NCBI GenBank assembly: GCA_903932685.1
Contig: CAIZGX010000058.1
Location: forward strand, 634 to 64,633
DNA: 64,000 nt
Reading direction: 5' to 3'
From: an uncultured Bacteroidota bacterium
GTDB taxonomy: Bacteria; Bacteroidota; Bacteroidia; Flavobacteriales_D; Sanyastnellaceae
Positions within the stretch are counted from its first letter, which is position 1, and the number at the start of each line of letters is the position of its first letter. Below are positions 28,803 to 38,911 of this stretch, piece by piece. A model generated the notes under the pieces. The model did not search any database and was not told the DNA's origin. It saw only the letters and a list, made by a program, of their open reading frames with translations. A program made the translations under genes and the position numbers.

Positions 28803-30899
28803 ATGAGGTATTTCAACGAGCAACTGGTAACAGATCTTGAGTTTCAAGAGATTCGCAATGTGCTGTCTTCGTTCGCGAAGCAGCCCACTGCTGCTGCTGC
28901 ATTGTTGGAACTTTCGCCTTATGGAAATTTCGATTTGTGGAAATGGACCCTTGAGATCACACATGAACTCAAGACCCTTTTGCAAAACGACATTGCTATT
29001 CCGGCTTTGGATTTCAAAGAGTTCGGTGAAGAGTTGAAATTGCTTCGAGTGAAAGATGCGGTGCTGGCGGAAGAGAGCTTCGCTAAAATTCTTCAGGGTA
29101 TTCGCATTATTGGTTTGTTGAAGAACATTCCTGAAGAAGTGCGCTTATCGGTTCCGTGCTTGAACGAATTGATTCAAACCTGCGAATACACCGATGAGAT
29201 AGAGATTGAAATCTTGAAAATCTTCGATGCGAAGTGGTTGGTGCGCGACGAAGCGTCTCATGAACTTTCTGTTATTAGACACGAAATTGTTGCCACCCGA
29301 AGGGAAATCTCTAAGAACTTTTTGAGAGTCATGAAAGACTGTCAAGGCAAAGGATTCTTGGGAGATACCGGAGAAGCTTATTTGTTAGACCGAAGAGTAT
29401 TGAGCGTGTTGAGTGTATACAAGCGAAAGGTGCCCGGGAATGTCTTGGGGACGAGCAAGACGGGAGTTTTAACATACATAGAGCCGGGAGTGAATACACT
29501 TTTGAATTCACAAATGGAAATGCTTTTCGGCGATGAACGCGCTGAAATTCGGAAGATTCTTCAACGACTCACACGTTACTTATCCGGACACGCAGTTATG
29601 TTGAAGTCGGTATTGGATACCCTTCTTCAACTCGATAATATTCAGGCACGTGTGCGCTTGGCTGTGCTCATGAGTGCTCAGAAGGTTCAGTTTGTTTCAG
29701 AGCCAACTGTGAAACTCAACAAAGCTTTTCATCCGCTCTTGCTTTTGAAAAATGCAGAGCGAGGAAAAAAGACTATTCCGCAATCGTTGGAACTAAACAG
29801 TGAGCAGCGCATGATGGTTATCTCCGGTCCGAATGCAGGAGGAAAAAGTATAACGTTGAAGACAGTTGGACTTATACAACTTATGTGGGAATGCGCATTG
29901 CTTGTGCCTGCTGAAGAGTCGAGTGTGTTAAGTCGATTCGATTGCATACTCACCGACATTGGCGACAATCAGAGTATAGAGAATCAGCTGTCAACGTATT
30001 CGTATCGGTTGAAGCGCATGAAGTTTTTCTTGGATTCAGCGAATAGAAGATCACTGATTTTGTTAGATGAATTTGGAACGGGATCAGACCCGGAATTGGG
30101 TGGCGCCTTGGCCGAAGTTTTTTTCGAAGAGTTATATGCGCGAAAATCGTTTGGAGTGATAACCACGCACTTTTCCCCCATTAAAATTAAAGCTTCGCAA
30201 TTGCGTAATGCGGTGAATGGATGTATGCTTTTCAATACAGCAACTTTGGAGCCGACATACATCCTCAGTGTTGGCGAACCGGGCTCTTCGTTCACTTTCG
30301 AAGTGGCGAAGATGAATGGAATTCCGGAAGATTTATTGGATCGTGCGAAGAAGAAATTAAGCAAGCAGAAAATTGAAATGGATAGTTTGCTTTCCGATTT
30401 ACAACGACAGAAATCTGAGTTGGAGACGGGTATATCGGCCGCCAGAAAACAAGAGGCGAGCGCAAGAAAAGAGGAGCAAACTTTTCAATCTAAATTGGAA
30501 AAACTTCAAGATAAATTAGACAAGCAGCAAGTGACTTCCGAAAGAAATAACAAGTATATTATTTTAGGAAAGAAGGCAGATCAACTGGTAGAGAAATTCA
30601 ATCTTCGCGCGAAGAATAAAGATGTACTAGAAGAGCTAAAGAAATTTGTTGCGGTGGAAAAGACAGAGCGCGAAGAATCTCGAAAAAAGAAGAGGGTTCT
30701 TACAGAATCTAAAGTTAAGACTGCGACCAAAGAAAAGGTTATTCAAGATCGAAAGAAAATGATTGCGGGAGCTACTGTTCGATTGGAAAAGACGCAACAG
30801 ATAGGTGAAATTCTCGAAGTCATTGGCGAAACAGCTACGGTAGCTTTCGGAGTGTTTAAGACAAAAGTTGAATTAGGAAAACTTCTCTTAATCCGTTAG
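28803..30899 (+). CDS. mutS2: MutS2-family protein lacking the C-terminal Smr domain
   Basis: MutS domain V ATPase (SGPNAGGKS, LLDEFGTGSDP), a long coiled coil and a KOW-like C-terminus. The ORF ends without an Smr domain. Confidence 0.8.
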   Translation: MRYFNEQLVTDLEFQEIRNVLSSFAKQPTAAAALLELSPYGNFDLWKWTLEITHELKTLLQNDIAIPALDFKEFGEELKLLRVKDAVLAEESFAKILQGIRIIGLLKNIPEEVRLSVPCLNELIQTCEYTDEIEIEILKIFDAKWLVRDEASHELSVIRHEIVATRREISKNFLRVMKDCQGKGFLGDTGEAYLLDRRVLSVLSVYKRKVPGNVLGTSKTGVLTYIEPGVNTLLNSQMEMLFGDERAEIRKILQRLTRYLSGHAVMLKSVLDTLLQLDNIQARVRLAVLMSAQKVQFVSEPTVKLNKAFHPLLLLKNAERGKKTIPQSLELNSEQRMMVISGPNAGGKSITLKTVGLIQLMWECALLVPAEESSVLSRFDCILTDIGDNQSIENQLSTYSYRLKRMKFFLDSANRRSLILLDEFGTGSDPELGGALAEVFFEELYARKSFGVITTHFSPIKIKASQLRNAVNGCMLFNTATLEPTYILSVGEPGSSFTFEVAKMNGIPEDLLDRAKKKLSKQKIEMDSLLSDLQRQKSELETGISAARKQEASARKEEQTFQSKLEKLQDKLDKQQVTSERNNKYIILGKKADQLVEKFNLRAKNKDVLEELKKFVAVEKTEREESRKKKRVLTESKVKTATKEKVIQDRKKMIAGATVRLEKTQQIGEILEVIGETATVAFGVFKTKVELGKLLLIR

Positions 30900-32332
30900 T
30901 TCTTCGGAGTAAGGTTTAGGGCTTTTCCAAGCTCAATCATGTGAGCGAAAGCTTCTTCGAAATTATTCTGAATCTTTCCGTCGAGAATAGCGTCTTTAAT
31001 TGCATTTTTTATTTCGCCAACCTCTTTACAAGGTGTTAAATTGAAGGTTTCCATGACTAGTTCACCGCTGATAGGGGGTTGGAAATTTCGAACACGATCC
31101 TTCTCTTCAAGCTCTACCAATTTCAACTTTACCTTTTCGTAATTCGCTAAATAGCGTTTCACTTTCGTTTCGTTTTTCGAGGTAATGTCTGCTTGACAAA
31201 GCAACATCAAATCATCAATATCATCGCCCGCCTCAAATAACAATCTGCGAACCGCCGAATCTGAAATCTCATCTTTCGTTAGCGCAATTGGCCTAAGGTG
31301 AAGAGCCACTAGTTTTTGCACAAACTTCATTTGATGATCCAACGGAAGCTTTAAGCGCTGGAAAATCTTCGGCACCCATCGCGCTCCAATATCTTCGTGA
31401 CCATGAAAGGTCCAGCCAATGCCGTCTTCAAATCTTTTCGTATGTGGCTTAGCAATATCGTGCAGCACTGCTCCCCAAAGCAACCAAAGGTTGTTTGTAT
31501 TCGCGCGCAGATTGTCGACCACTTCTAGCGTGTGATAAAAATTGTCTTTATGAGCGTAGTTGTTTTTCTTCTCAACACCATGAAGCTTCACCATTTCGGG
31601 AAAGAACTGGTGAAGCAAATCTGTATCGAAGAGAAGCTTTAATCCCACCGAAGGCTTTTTGGAAAGAAGAATCTTGTTGAATTCAACCATGGTTCTTTCA
31701 ACACTTACTATTTCCAGTCTTGCAGCATTTTCTTTAATTGCCTGAAGACTTCTTTCTTCAATGGTGAAGTTAAGTTGAGCAGCAAAACGAATGGCGCGCA
31801 TCATGCGCAATGGATCGTCGCTGTAGGTTATGGCGGGTTCTAAAGGTGTGCGGAGAATTTTATTTTCTAAATCCAATAGCCCATTAAACGGATCAACAAG
31901 TTCTCCGAAGTTCTCTTCTTGCAGTGAGAGTGCCATAGCATTCACGGTGAAGTCTCTGCGCATTTGGTCGTCTTCTAAACTTCCCTTTTCAACATCGGGT
32001 TTTCTGCTTGCTGCACGATAGGATTCTTTTCGGGCAGAAACGAATTCTACCTCGCTTCCTTTGTACACGAAATGTGCGGTTCCGAAGTTTGCAAAGATTG
32101 ACACGCGCTTCACGTTAAGTAGTTCAGCCGTTCTATTAGCTAATGCAGGCCCGTCGCCACTGGTAACAATGTCAATATCTTTATTGAGCCTCTTCAACAT
32201 AAGATCTCTGACGTATCCGCCAATAACAAATGCTTCAGCATGCTGCTCAGAGGCCGCTTGTTGAACGGCTCGAAAGACTGTTTTTTTTAGATGACGACTA
32301 AAGTTCATTTGCGGCGCAAAGGTACTTTTCAA
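30896..32332 (-). CDS. tRNA nucleotidyltransferase / poly(A) polymerase family protein with HD domain
   Basis: GGYVRDLML...DIDIV nucleotidyltransferase motif and an HD region (LHDIAKP, HGHEDIG). Confidence 0.8.
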   Translation of the reverse strand: MKSTFAPQMNFSRHLKKTVFRAVQQAASEQHAEAFVIGGYVRDLMLKRLNKDIDIVTSGDGPALANRTAELLNVKRVSIFANFGTAHFVYKGSEVEFVSARKESYRAASRKPDVEKGSLEDDQMRRDFTVNAMALSLQEENFGELVDPFNGLLDLENKILRTPLEPAITYSDDPLRMMRAIRFAAQLNFTIEERSLQAIKENAARLEIVSVERTMVEFNKILLSKKPSVGLKLLFDTDLLHQFFPEMVKLHGVEKKNNYAHKDNFYHTLEVVDNLRANTNNLWLLWGAVLHDIAKPHTKRFEDGIGWTFHGHEDIGARWVPKIFQRLKLPLDHQMKFVQKLVALHLRPIALTKDEISDSAVRRLLFEAGDDIDDLMLLCQADITSKNETKVKRYLANYEKVKLKLVELEEKDRVRNFQPPISGELVMETFNLTPCKEVGEIKNAIKDAILDGKIQNNFEEAFAHMIELGKALNLTPKN

Positions 32333-32436
32333 AACTAGGAATCAGAAATATTTGTTTTGGAGGTTAAAAACGACTGGAAGAGCAACTTCTTGAAGCTTAT
32401 TTCAGTCATATATTGCGTACGCTAAACCATAATAAA

Positions 32437-32826
32437 ATGAAAAAAGTCCTAGCCTTATTCTTGTTTGTGTTTTTTTGCGGCGCCTGTGTTTATGCACAGA
32501 ATGCCCAAGTTACTTTTGGATCAACCACAAATTTCTCAATTGTTGAAGATGGATTTCATCCAGTGAAATTCCAGTTGACTGAAGGATCCAATGCAAACGT
32601 AGAAGGACTTTTGCAATATGTTCAGAACAATCCTAAATACTTCAAGGTGCAAGTTGATGGAAACGAACTGACTTTAAATTTTGTAGAGGGTGTGCACTGG
32701 GGTGTTTGGATGAAAGTCTTCGGAGCCATGGAGGTTTCGCAAATTGAAATTCGGGAAGCCAATCAGAATATAGTTGTTGATCCTCGTGGTTTTTTGGATC
32801 ACTTCAATTTATTGACAACTCACTAA
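32437..32826 (+). CDS. small secreted hypothetical protein
   Basis: Signal peptide MKKVLALFLFVFFCGACVYAQ from the internal ATG at 32437. No motif recognised. Confidence 0.5.
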   Translation: MKKVLALFLFVFFCGACVYAQNAQVTFGSTTNFSIVEDGFHPVKFQLTEGSNANVEGLLQYVQNNPKYFKVQVDGNELTLNFVEGVHWGVWMKVFGAMEVSQIEIREANQNIVVDPRGFLDHFNLLTTH

Positions 32827-33761
32827 GCCGAAGCGCGTTTCAACTTGTCGTTGATTGCGCGACCTAGATTTTCATCGGGAAGAAATTCCGCAAGGATAAC
32901 ATCGATATTCATCTGGTCGAGTTCTCTCAGGTATGCGAAGAGATTCGAAGCTGCTTCTGTGAAATTCCCCGTTCGACTTAATATGCGTTGCGATTCAACC
33001 TTAAAATCTTCCTTGAAACTAAGCACACCAATTTTCTGTGATGAGAAGGAATGCATCAGTTCGCGAATGTTTCCAACATAAATAGGTTTTCTAGGAGCGT
33101 AATGACTTGAGAGCATTCCTGGCGAAGCGGGCGAGCTAGATGAATGTTGTTGAATGTGAATGTTGGAAGTGAAACGTTGAAGGTCTTCCACCGAGATTCC
33201 ACCTAAACGAAGAATTTCTAACTCGTTGTGTTGAACTCGCAAAACAGTCGATTCAATTCCCACAGCACATTTCCCGCCGTTGAGTATGTAAGAAATTTTT
33301 TCGCCAAGTTGGTCTTCCACATGCTCGGCACTTGTAGGGCTGATGTATCCGAAAGGATTCGCACTAGGCGCTGCCAGCGGAAAGGGAAGACTTTTTAAAA
33401 GTTCAAGCGTAATCGGATGATTCGGAATTCGAATTCCAACTTCCTGCAATCCGGAAGTGGTTAAGTCCGGAATGCATGTTTTTTTTGGAAGTAGCACCGT
33501 TAATGGACCTGGCCAAAAGTTTTCCATCAGATTGAACGCCAATTCAGGAATTTCTTCCACATATAATTCAACATCGGATACTTGTCCAACATGAACAATT
33601 AAGGGATCGAAATGCGGCCTATTCTTCGCCTCGAAAATCTTTGAAACCGCCATTTCACTCAAGGCGTTTCCAGCCAAACCATAGACAGTTTCCGTGGGAA
33701 TAGCAACCACTTCATTTTGAAGAAGAAAATCTCGAGCTATTTTTATTTCATTGCCAATCAT
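32823..33761 (-). CDS. tsaC: L-threonylcarbamoyladenylate synthase (Sua5/YwlC/TsaC family, long form)
   Basis: YrdC domain (VAIPTETVYGLAGNA, SANPFG) plus a Sua5 C-terminal domain. Start taken at MIGNEIK (33761). Confidence 0.85.
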   Translation of the reverse strand: MIGNEIKIARDFLLQNEVVAIPTETVYGLAGNALSEMAVSKIFEAKNRPHFDPLIVHVGQVSDVELYVEEIPELAFNLMENFWPGPLTVLLPKKTCIPDLTTSGLQEVGIRIPNHPITLELLKSLPFPLAAPSANPFGYISPTSAEHVEDQLGEKISYILNGGKCAVGIESTVLRVQHNELEILRLGGISVEDLQRFTSNIHIQQHSSSSPASPGMLSSHYAPRKPIYVGNIRELMHSFSSQKIGVLSFKEDFKVESQRILSRTGNFTEAASNLFAYLRELDQMNIDVILAEFLPDENLGRAINDKLKRASA

Positions 33762-33807
33762 GAATTGCAAAAGTAGGGAATTCAATTTTCTCCTATATTT
33801 GCATCCG

Positions 33808-34347
33808 ATGGCAAAAAAAATCACCTTGATCAATGGCGGACTGCTGAATATGATCATTCAAAGGTTGTGTCGTCAATTAATCGAAAATCACAAGGACTTT
33901 TCTTCAACCATACTTATCGGACTTCAGCCGCGGGGCGTGTTTTTTTCTGAGCGAATTGTTGAGGAGTTAGCAAAATCGGGACACCAAGTGAAATGGGGAA
34001 TTGTAGACCCAACTTTTTATCGCGACGATTTTAGAATTCACGACAAGCCCCTCCTAGCCAAGTCTACAGATATGAAGCACAGTGTTGAAGGAATGAATGT
34101 GGTTTTAATCGACGATGTGTTATTTACAGGTAGAACTATTCGAGCGGGTATGGAAGGACTTATGGAGTACGGAAGACCCAAATCAGTCGAATTGTTGGTG
34201 CTCATAGACCGAAAGAAGGGAAGAGAAGTGCCTATTGAAGCCACTTATATCGGAAAAGAAGTAGAGAGTTTCGACAATCAACGTGTAAGAGTTATGTGGA
34301 AGAGTGAAGGGGAAAAGGAAGATCATGTAATTTTTTTGAACGACTAA
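33808..34347 (+). CDS. pyrR: bifunctional pyr operon regulator / uracil phosphoribosyltransferase PyrR
   Basis: PRPP-binding motif VVLIDDVLFTGRTIRA. It lies immediately upstream of pyrB. Start taken at the ATG at 33808. Confidence 0.9.
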   Translation: MAKKITLINGGLLNMIIQRLCRQLIENHKDFSSTILIGLQPRGVFFSERIVEELAKSGHQVKWGIVDPTFYRDDFRIHDKPLLAKSTDMKHSVEGMNVVLIDDVLFTGRTIRAGMEGLMEYGRPKSVELLVLIDRKKGREVPIEATYIGKEVESFDNQRVRVMWKSEGEKEDHVIFLND

Positions 34348-34348
34348 C

Positions 34349-35287
34349 ATGAAGCTAAGCACCAAACACCTCATTGCCATTGAGCCGCTGAAAAAAGCGG
34401 ACATTGACTTGATTTTTTCGCAAGCCGACGAGTTCAAAGAAGTGTTAAACAGACCCATTAAGAAGGTTCCTTCTTTAAGAGACATTACAGTAGCCAATTT
34501 GTTTTTTGAAAATTCAACCCGCACACGTTTGAGTTTTGAGTTGGCCGAGAAAAGACTCGGTGCAGATGTGGTTAATTTTTCCGCATCAACATCTTCAGTG
34601 AAGAAAGGAGAAACCCTAATCGACACGGTCAACAATATCCTGGCTATGAAAGTAGACATGGTGGTTATGCGTCACGCTTCGCCTGGTGCTTGCCAATTTT
34701 TATCGGAAAGAACGAATGCGGTAGTTGTTAATGCAGGAGACGGTACTCACGAGCACCCAACACAGGGATTGCTCGACGCCTTTTCAATCAGAGAAAAATT
34801 AGGGAAGGTCGAAGGGAAAAAAGTAGTTATTGTTGGAGACATTACCCACAGCAGGGTAGCCCTTAGTAATATTTATTGTTTACAGAAATTAGGCGCAGAA
34901 GTAATGGTATGTGGTCCAACCACATTAATTCCGAAACACATCGAATCCTTAGGAGTAAAGGTAGAGCACAATCTTCAGCGCGCCCTTGAATGGTGCGATG
35001 TAGCGAACATGCTGCGCATTCAATTGGAAAGACAAGATGCAGGAATCCCATATTTCCCAAGTCTTCGCGAGTATACTGACTTGTTCGGCTTGACACAAGA
35101 TCGTTTGAATTCTCTTGGAAAAGAAATCGTTATCATGCACCCAGGACCGATTAACCGCGGAGTTGAAATTTCGAGTGAAGTTGCCGACGGCCGAAACAGC
35201 ATTATTTTGAATCAAGTTGAAAACGGAGTTGCTATTCGAATGGCAACGATTTTCCTTCTCGCGCAAGGAATAAAAAGAGTGAGCTAA
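34349..35287 (+). CDS. pyrB: aspartate carbamoyltransferase catalytic subunit
   Basis: Motifs FFENSTRTRLSFE, HPTQGLLD and HPGP. Confidence 0.95.
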   Translation: MKLSTKHLIAIEPLKKADIDLIFSQADEFKEVLNRPIKKVPSLRDITVANLFFENSTRTRLSFELAEKRLGADVVNFSASTSSVKKGETLIDTVNNILAMKVDMVVMRHASPGACQFLSERTNAVVVNAGDGTHEHPTQGLLDAFSIREKLGKVEGKKVVIVGDITHSRVALSNIYCLQKLGAEVMVCGPTTLIPKHIESLGVKVEHNLQRALEWCDVANMLRIQLERQDAGIPYFPSLREYTDLFGLTQDRLNSLGKEIVIMHPGPINRGVEISSEVADGRNSIILNQVENGVAIRMATIFLLAQGIKRVS

Positions 35288-35354
35288 TACGTCAATTATT
35301 TTTTTTTTGTTTTTCTTCCCATAAAATTGGCTAATTTTGAGAAAATAGTATTTT

Positions 35355-35717
35355 ATGAATTTCGTTTCTGATCAAAAAGAAAAGTTAGTGTATATCACCT
35401 CGAACGTAGAGAAGCTCGATGCCATTTATGCACCAGAGCTTAAATCGGAGTTGGTCCTTCAAAATCGAAACACTCAACGCAACATTATTGTTGATCTTTC
35501 TGCAACGAAATACATTGACTCTTCTGGATTGTCTGCATTACTTGTTGGTCAGCGCTTGTGTCGCGAGGCAATTGGCACATTCGTAGTATGCGGACTACAA
35601 GAAACGGTCAAGAAATTAATTTCCATATCTCAGTTGGACTCTGTATTTAAAATTACGCCAACGTTAAGCGAGGCCATTGATTTGGTATACATGGAAGAAG
35701 TTGAACGTGAAATCTAA
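35355..35717 (+). CDS. STAS domain protein (anti-sigma factor antagonist-like)
   Basis: 120 aa with a SpoIIAA-like pattern (DLSATKYIDSSGLSALLV). Confidence 0.7.
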   Translation: MNFVSDQKEKLVYITSNVEKLDAIYAPELKSELVLQNRNTQRNIIVDLSATKYIDSSGLSALLVGQRLCREAIGTFVVCGLQETVKKLISISQLDSVFKITPTLSEAIDLVYMEEVEREI

Positions 35718-35726
35718 ACCCTCAAT

Positions 35727-36527
35727 ATGAAAAAACAATTACTTACTCTTTTAGCTTTCGCAGCTCTTTCATTGCCTGCAGCTGCGCAATGTAATTCCGC
35801 CGACTATGATTGGGCTGGACAAACTTTCGGTGTTAGCCCAAATCCAGCTTTGGGAGAAAACTTCGCTCCAGGTCTTCAAGGTCAGCCTTATGCGGATGTT
35901 CTTTACGTAAGAACTCCAACAACTGCAGCTGATATTGATCCTACCTATCCAGCGTTGATTAGCATTAACTCCATTCATTTAGATGCTGTGTTTTACGGAA
36001 TCGTTTCTGCTGTTGATACAACCTGGGCAGATCTTGCAGGTCTAGGTTTGTCAATCTCTTGTAACAACAACGGTGAAAATGCAGATCCTTGCATGTTCGA
36101 CGCAGGTGCGGGATATTGCGGAGACATCGCAGGTACACCGAACCAAACAGGTATTTTCCCGGTGAAGATTGTAGTTACTGCAAACTTGCTTCTGTTAGGA
36201 GATGTTCCCTACGAGTTTACTGGTTATACCCTCGACTTTTCTGGAAACAGCGTAACTGAAGGTGTTACTTTCAACGATGTTGTTAAGGTTTCTCCAAACC
36301 CGGCAAACGAATTCACTTTGGTTACCTTCCCAATGGGAACGAATGACCAAGCTGAAGTTTCTGTATACAACACCATGGGTCAATTGGTATTCTCTGAGAA
36401 AACTATGACTACGCCTGGTGCTAACACTTATCGTTTAAACACTTCGAACTTTCCAGTAGGAAACTACGTGGCTCGTTTGGTTTCAGGAAAGAATGTTGCA
36501 GAGAAGTTGATTCAAGTTCAACACTAA
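35727..36527 (+). CDS. secreted protein with T9SS C-terminal sorting domain
   Basis: Signal peptide plus a C-terminal CTD (VSPNPANEFTLVTF...VYNTMGQLVF...GNYVARLV). Confidence 0.7.
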   Translation: MKKQLLTLLAFAALSLPAAAQCNSADYDWAGQTFGVSPNPALGENFAPGLQGQPYADVLYVRTPTTAADIDPTYPALISINSIHLDAVFYGIVSAVDTTWADLAGLGLSISCNNNGENADPCMFDAGAGYCGDIAGTPNQTGIFPVKIVVTANLLLLGDVPYEFTGYTLDFSGNSVTEGVTFNDVVKVSPNPANEFTLVTFPMGTNDQAEVSVYNTMGQLVFSEKTMTTPGANTYRLNTSNFPVGNYVARLVSGKNVAEKLIQVQH

Positions 36528-36550
36528 TACGAATTATTCACGACCTTTGA

Positions 36551-36586
36551 AGCCGTCTCGTGTTGAACGAGGCGGCTTTCTTTTTT
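36551..36586 (+). terminator. rho-independent terminator after the T9SS-CTD gene
   Basis: Stem AGCCGTCTCG (36551-36560) pairs with CGAGGCGGCT (36568-36577) with one G:T pair, followed by a T-rich run. Confidence 0.55.
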
Positions 36587-37495
36587 ATGCTTTTTCAAGT
36601 TACCATACTCGGATGTGGCGCTGCAACGCCAACCTCGCGCCACAAACCAACGGCGCAGGTGGTGAATGTCCACGACAAGTATTTTCTTATTGATTGTGGG
36701 GAAGGAACCCAAATGCAATTACGGAAGTATAAGGTGAAGATGCAACGTATTCAAGCCATCTTCATTTCACATCTTCATGGCGATCATTTCTTCGGACTTA
36801 TTGGCTTGTTGAGCACTTATAATTTATTAGGAAGGAAAACCCCATTGACGATATACGGTCCTCCAGGATTGGAAGATGTAATTCGACTTCAATTCAAAGT
36901 TTCGGAATCATATTTCGACTACGAATTGGTTTTTGAGGAAACCCAAGACAAAGAGAAACAACTCATTTTTGAAGACGATACCGTTCGTGTTTTTTCTTTT
37001 CCATTGAAACACCGCGTGCCTTGTACCGGATTCGTTTTTGAGGAAAAAGAACGAAAGCTGAACATAGAAAAGTGGGCGATTGTTGAATACAAACTTCAGC
37101 CTTCAGAAATTTTGTTGTTGAAGAAGGGAATCGATGTGGAACGGGAAAATGAAGTCATTCCATTTGGAAAAGTAACTAGCCCTTCAGCGCCCATTCGCAG
37201 ATATGCCTATTGTTCAGACACGGCTTACGACGAACGCATAGTTCCGAATATTCAGAATTCAGATATGGTTTATCATGAAACCACATTCTTACAAGAGGAT
37301 TTAGAGCGAGCCAAGAAGACCTTTCATTCTACCACCATTCAAGCGGCTACAATAGCGAAAATGTCGGGTGCGAAGAAGTTGGTAGTCGGACACTACAGCA
37401 GCAGATACAGCGACGATGAGCTTTTTAAAACAGAGGCCATGACTGTATTTCCGAATACCGAAATAGCCAACGAGGGAGTTATTTTCGATCTTTAA
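36587..37495 (+). CDS. rnz: ribonuclease Z
   Basis: Metallo-beta-lactamase motif SHLHGDH. N-terminal LGCGAATPT. Start taken at the ATG at 36587, downstream of the terminator. Confidence 0.85.
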   Translation: MLFQVTILGCGAATPTSRHKPTAQVVNVHDKYFLIDCGEGTQMQLRKYKVKMQRIQAIFISHLHGDHFFGLIGLLSTYNLLGRKTPLTIYGPPGLEDVIRLQFKVSESYFDYELVFEETQDKEKQLIFEDDTVRVFSFPLKHRVPCTGFVFEEKERKLNIEKWAIVEYKLQPSEILLLKKGIDVERENEVIPFGKVTSPSAPIRRYAYCSDTAYDERIVPNIQNSDMVYHETTFLQEDLERAKKTFHSTTIQAATIAKMSGAKKLVVGHYSSRYSDDELFKTEAMTVFPNTEIANEGVIFDL

Positions 37496-37547
37496 AAATC
37501 TTTTCTGCGAGTGAGTGTATTTGGTACACTTTCTATATCTTGCAGGT

Positions 37548-38879
37548 ATGAATAAGCAACGATTAAGTTTTTGGCAAATCTGGAACATGAGCTTTGGGTT
37601 CATGGGAATTCAATTCGGTTGGGCGCTGCAGATGGCCAACATGAGTTCTATCTATGAATTCTTAGGAGCTAAATCTGGAGAAATCCCCTTGCTTTGGTTA
37701 GCTGCGCCGTTAACTGGATTCATCGTTCAGCCCATCATAGGCTACCTCAGTGATCGCACCTGGCATCCGAAATTCGGAAGAAGAAGACCTTATTTCATGA
37801 TAGGAGCTATCTTAAGTTCTATTGCTTTGGTACTCATGCCCAATTGCAGTGAATTGTGGATGGCTGCTGGATTGTTGTGGATTCTAGACTCTTCCATAAA
37901 TATTTCTATGGAGCCGTTCCGTGCCTTTGTCGCGGATAACCTTCCTGAAGAGCAACGCACCTTCGGATTTAGCATGCAATCTCTTTTTATAGGATTAGGG
38001 TCGGTGGTAGCGAGCGCTTTGCCATGGATCTTCACCAATTGGGTTGGAATGAAAGATGAAATTGGTCACGTCGGAATTCCATCGAATGTCAAATGGAGCT
38101 TTTACATTGGCGCAGCGGCATTTTTCTTTTTTGTGCTATATACGGTTATCACCTCAAAAGAGTATCCACCTGAAGAGAATAAAGCTGGAACTCCAGTTGA
38201 AAAAAAGAAGGGTGGACTGATGCACGGATTGAATGAAATATTCGATGCTATTTTGAATATGCCGAAACGGATGAAGCAATTGGCATTGGTGCAATTTCTA
38301 ACATGGCCTGGATTATTCTTAATGTGGTTTTATTACACCCCTGCAGTTGGTGTAGATATTTTTGGCGGAAGCGCCGATAGCACGGATCCGGCTATAAAGG
38401 AATTGTATAAGCAAGGAACTGAATTGGCAGGATTGACCTATTCCTTTCAAAATTTAATCACATTTTCATTTGCAATGCTTCTTCCGTTGTTGGTGAAACC
38501 GTTGGGACAGAAAATAACCCATCAATTGTGCTTGAGCATAGGTGGCGCGGGGCTAATAGCACTCTCGTTTATTCATGGTGCAGAGAATCAAATTTATTTG
38601 TTTGCGGTCATGGGTGCAGTTGGAATAGCCTGGGCGAGCATACTTTCAATGCCTTATGCCATGCTTGCAGATTGCTTGCCTTCAGACAAGATTGGAGTTT
38701 ACATGGGGATATTTAATTTCTTCATCGTTCTTCCCGAAATTATTGCGGCTCTGTCTTTCGGTTGGGTAATGGATACATTCCTCGATAACAATAGACTATT
38801 AGCCGTCTCAATTGGCGGAGGCCTGTTAATTTTAGCTGGAATTTTAACCATGCGCATTAGCGAGACGAAGAACTCTTAG
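37548..38879 (+). CDS. MFS transporter, GPH/SLC45 (sucrose-H+ symporter-like) family
   Basis: About 12 TM helices and the RxGRR-type motif (DRTWHPKFGRRRPYF). Confidence 0.75.
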   Translation: MNKQRLSFWQIWNMSFGFMGIQFGWALQMANMSSIYEFLGAKSGEIPLLWLAAPLTGFIVQPIIGYLSDRTWHPKFGRRRPYFMIGAILSSIALVLMPNCSELWMAAGLLWILDSSINISMEPFRAFVADNLPEEQRTFGFSMQSLFIGLGSVVASALPWIFTNWVGMKDEIGHVGIPSNVKWSFYIGAAAFFFFVLYTVITSKEYPPEENKAGTPVEKKKGGLMHGLNEIFDAILNMPKRMKQLALVQFLTWPGLFLMWFYYTPAVGVDIFGGSADSTDPAIKELYKQGTELAGLTYSFQNLITFSFAMLLPLLVKPLGQKITHQLCLSIGGAGLIALSFIHGAENQIYLFAVMGAVGIAWASILSMPYAMLADCLPSDKIGVYMGIFNFFIVLPEIIAALSFGWVMDTFLDNNRLLAVSIGGGLLILAGILTMRISETKNS

Positions 38880-38911
38880 AACTATCTTTGAAGTTCTAAT
38901 TCGAAACGATA

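Noticed and set aside
38880-38911. An FMN riboswitch upstream of ribA.
   Set aside because: The intergenic gap is only 32 nt, far too short for an FMN element.
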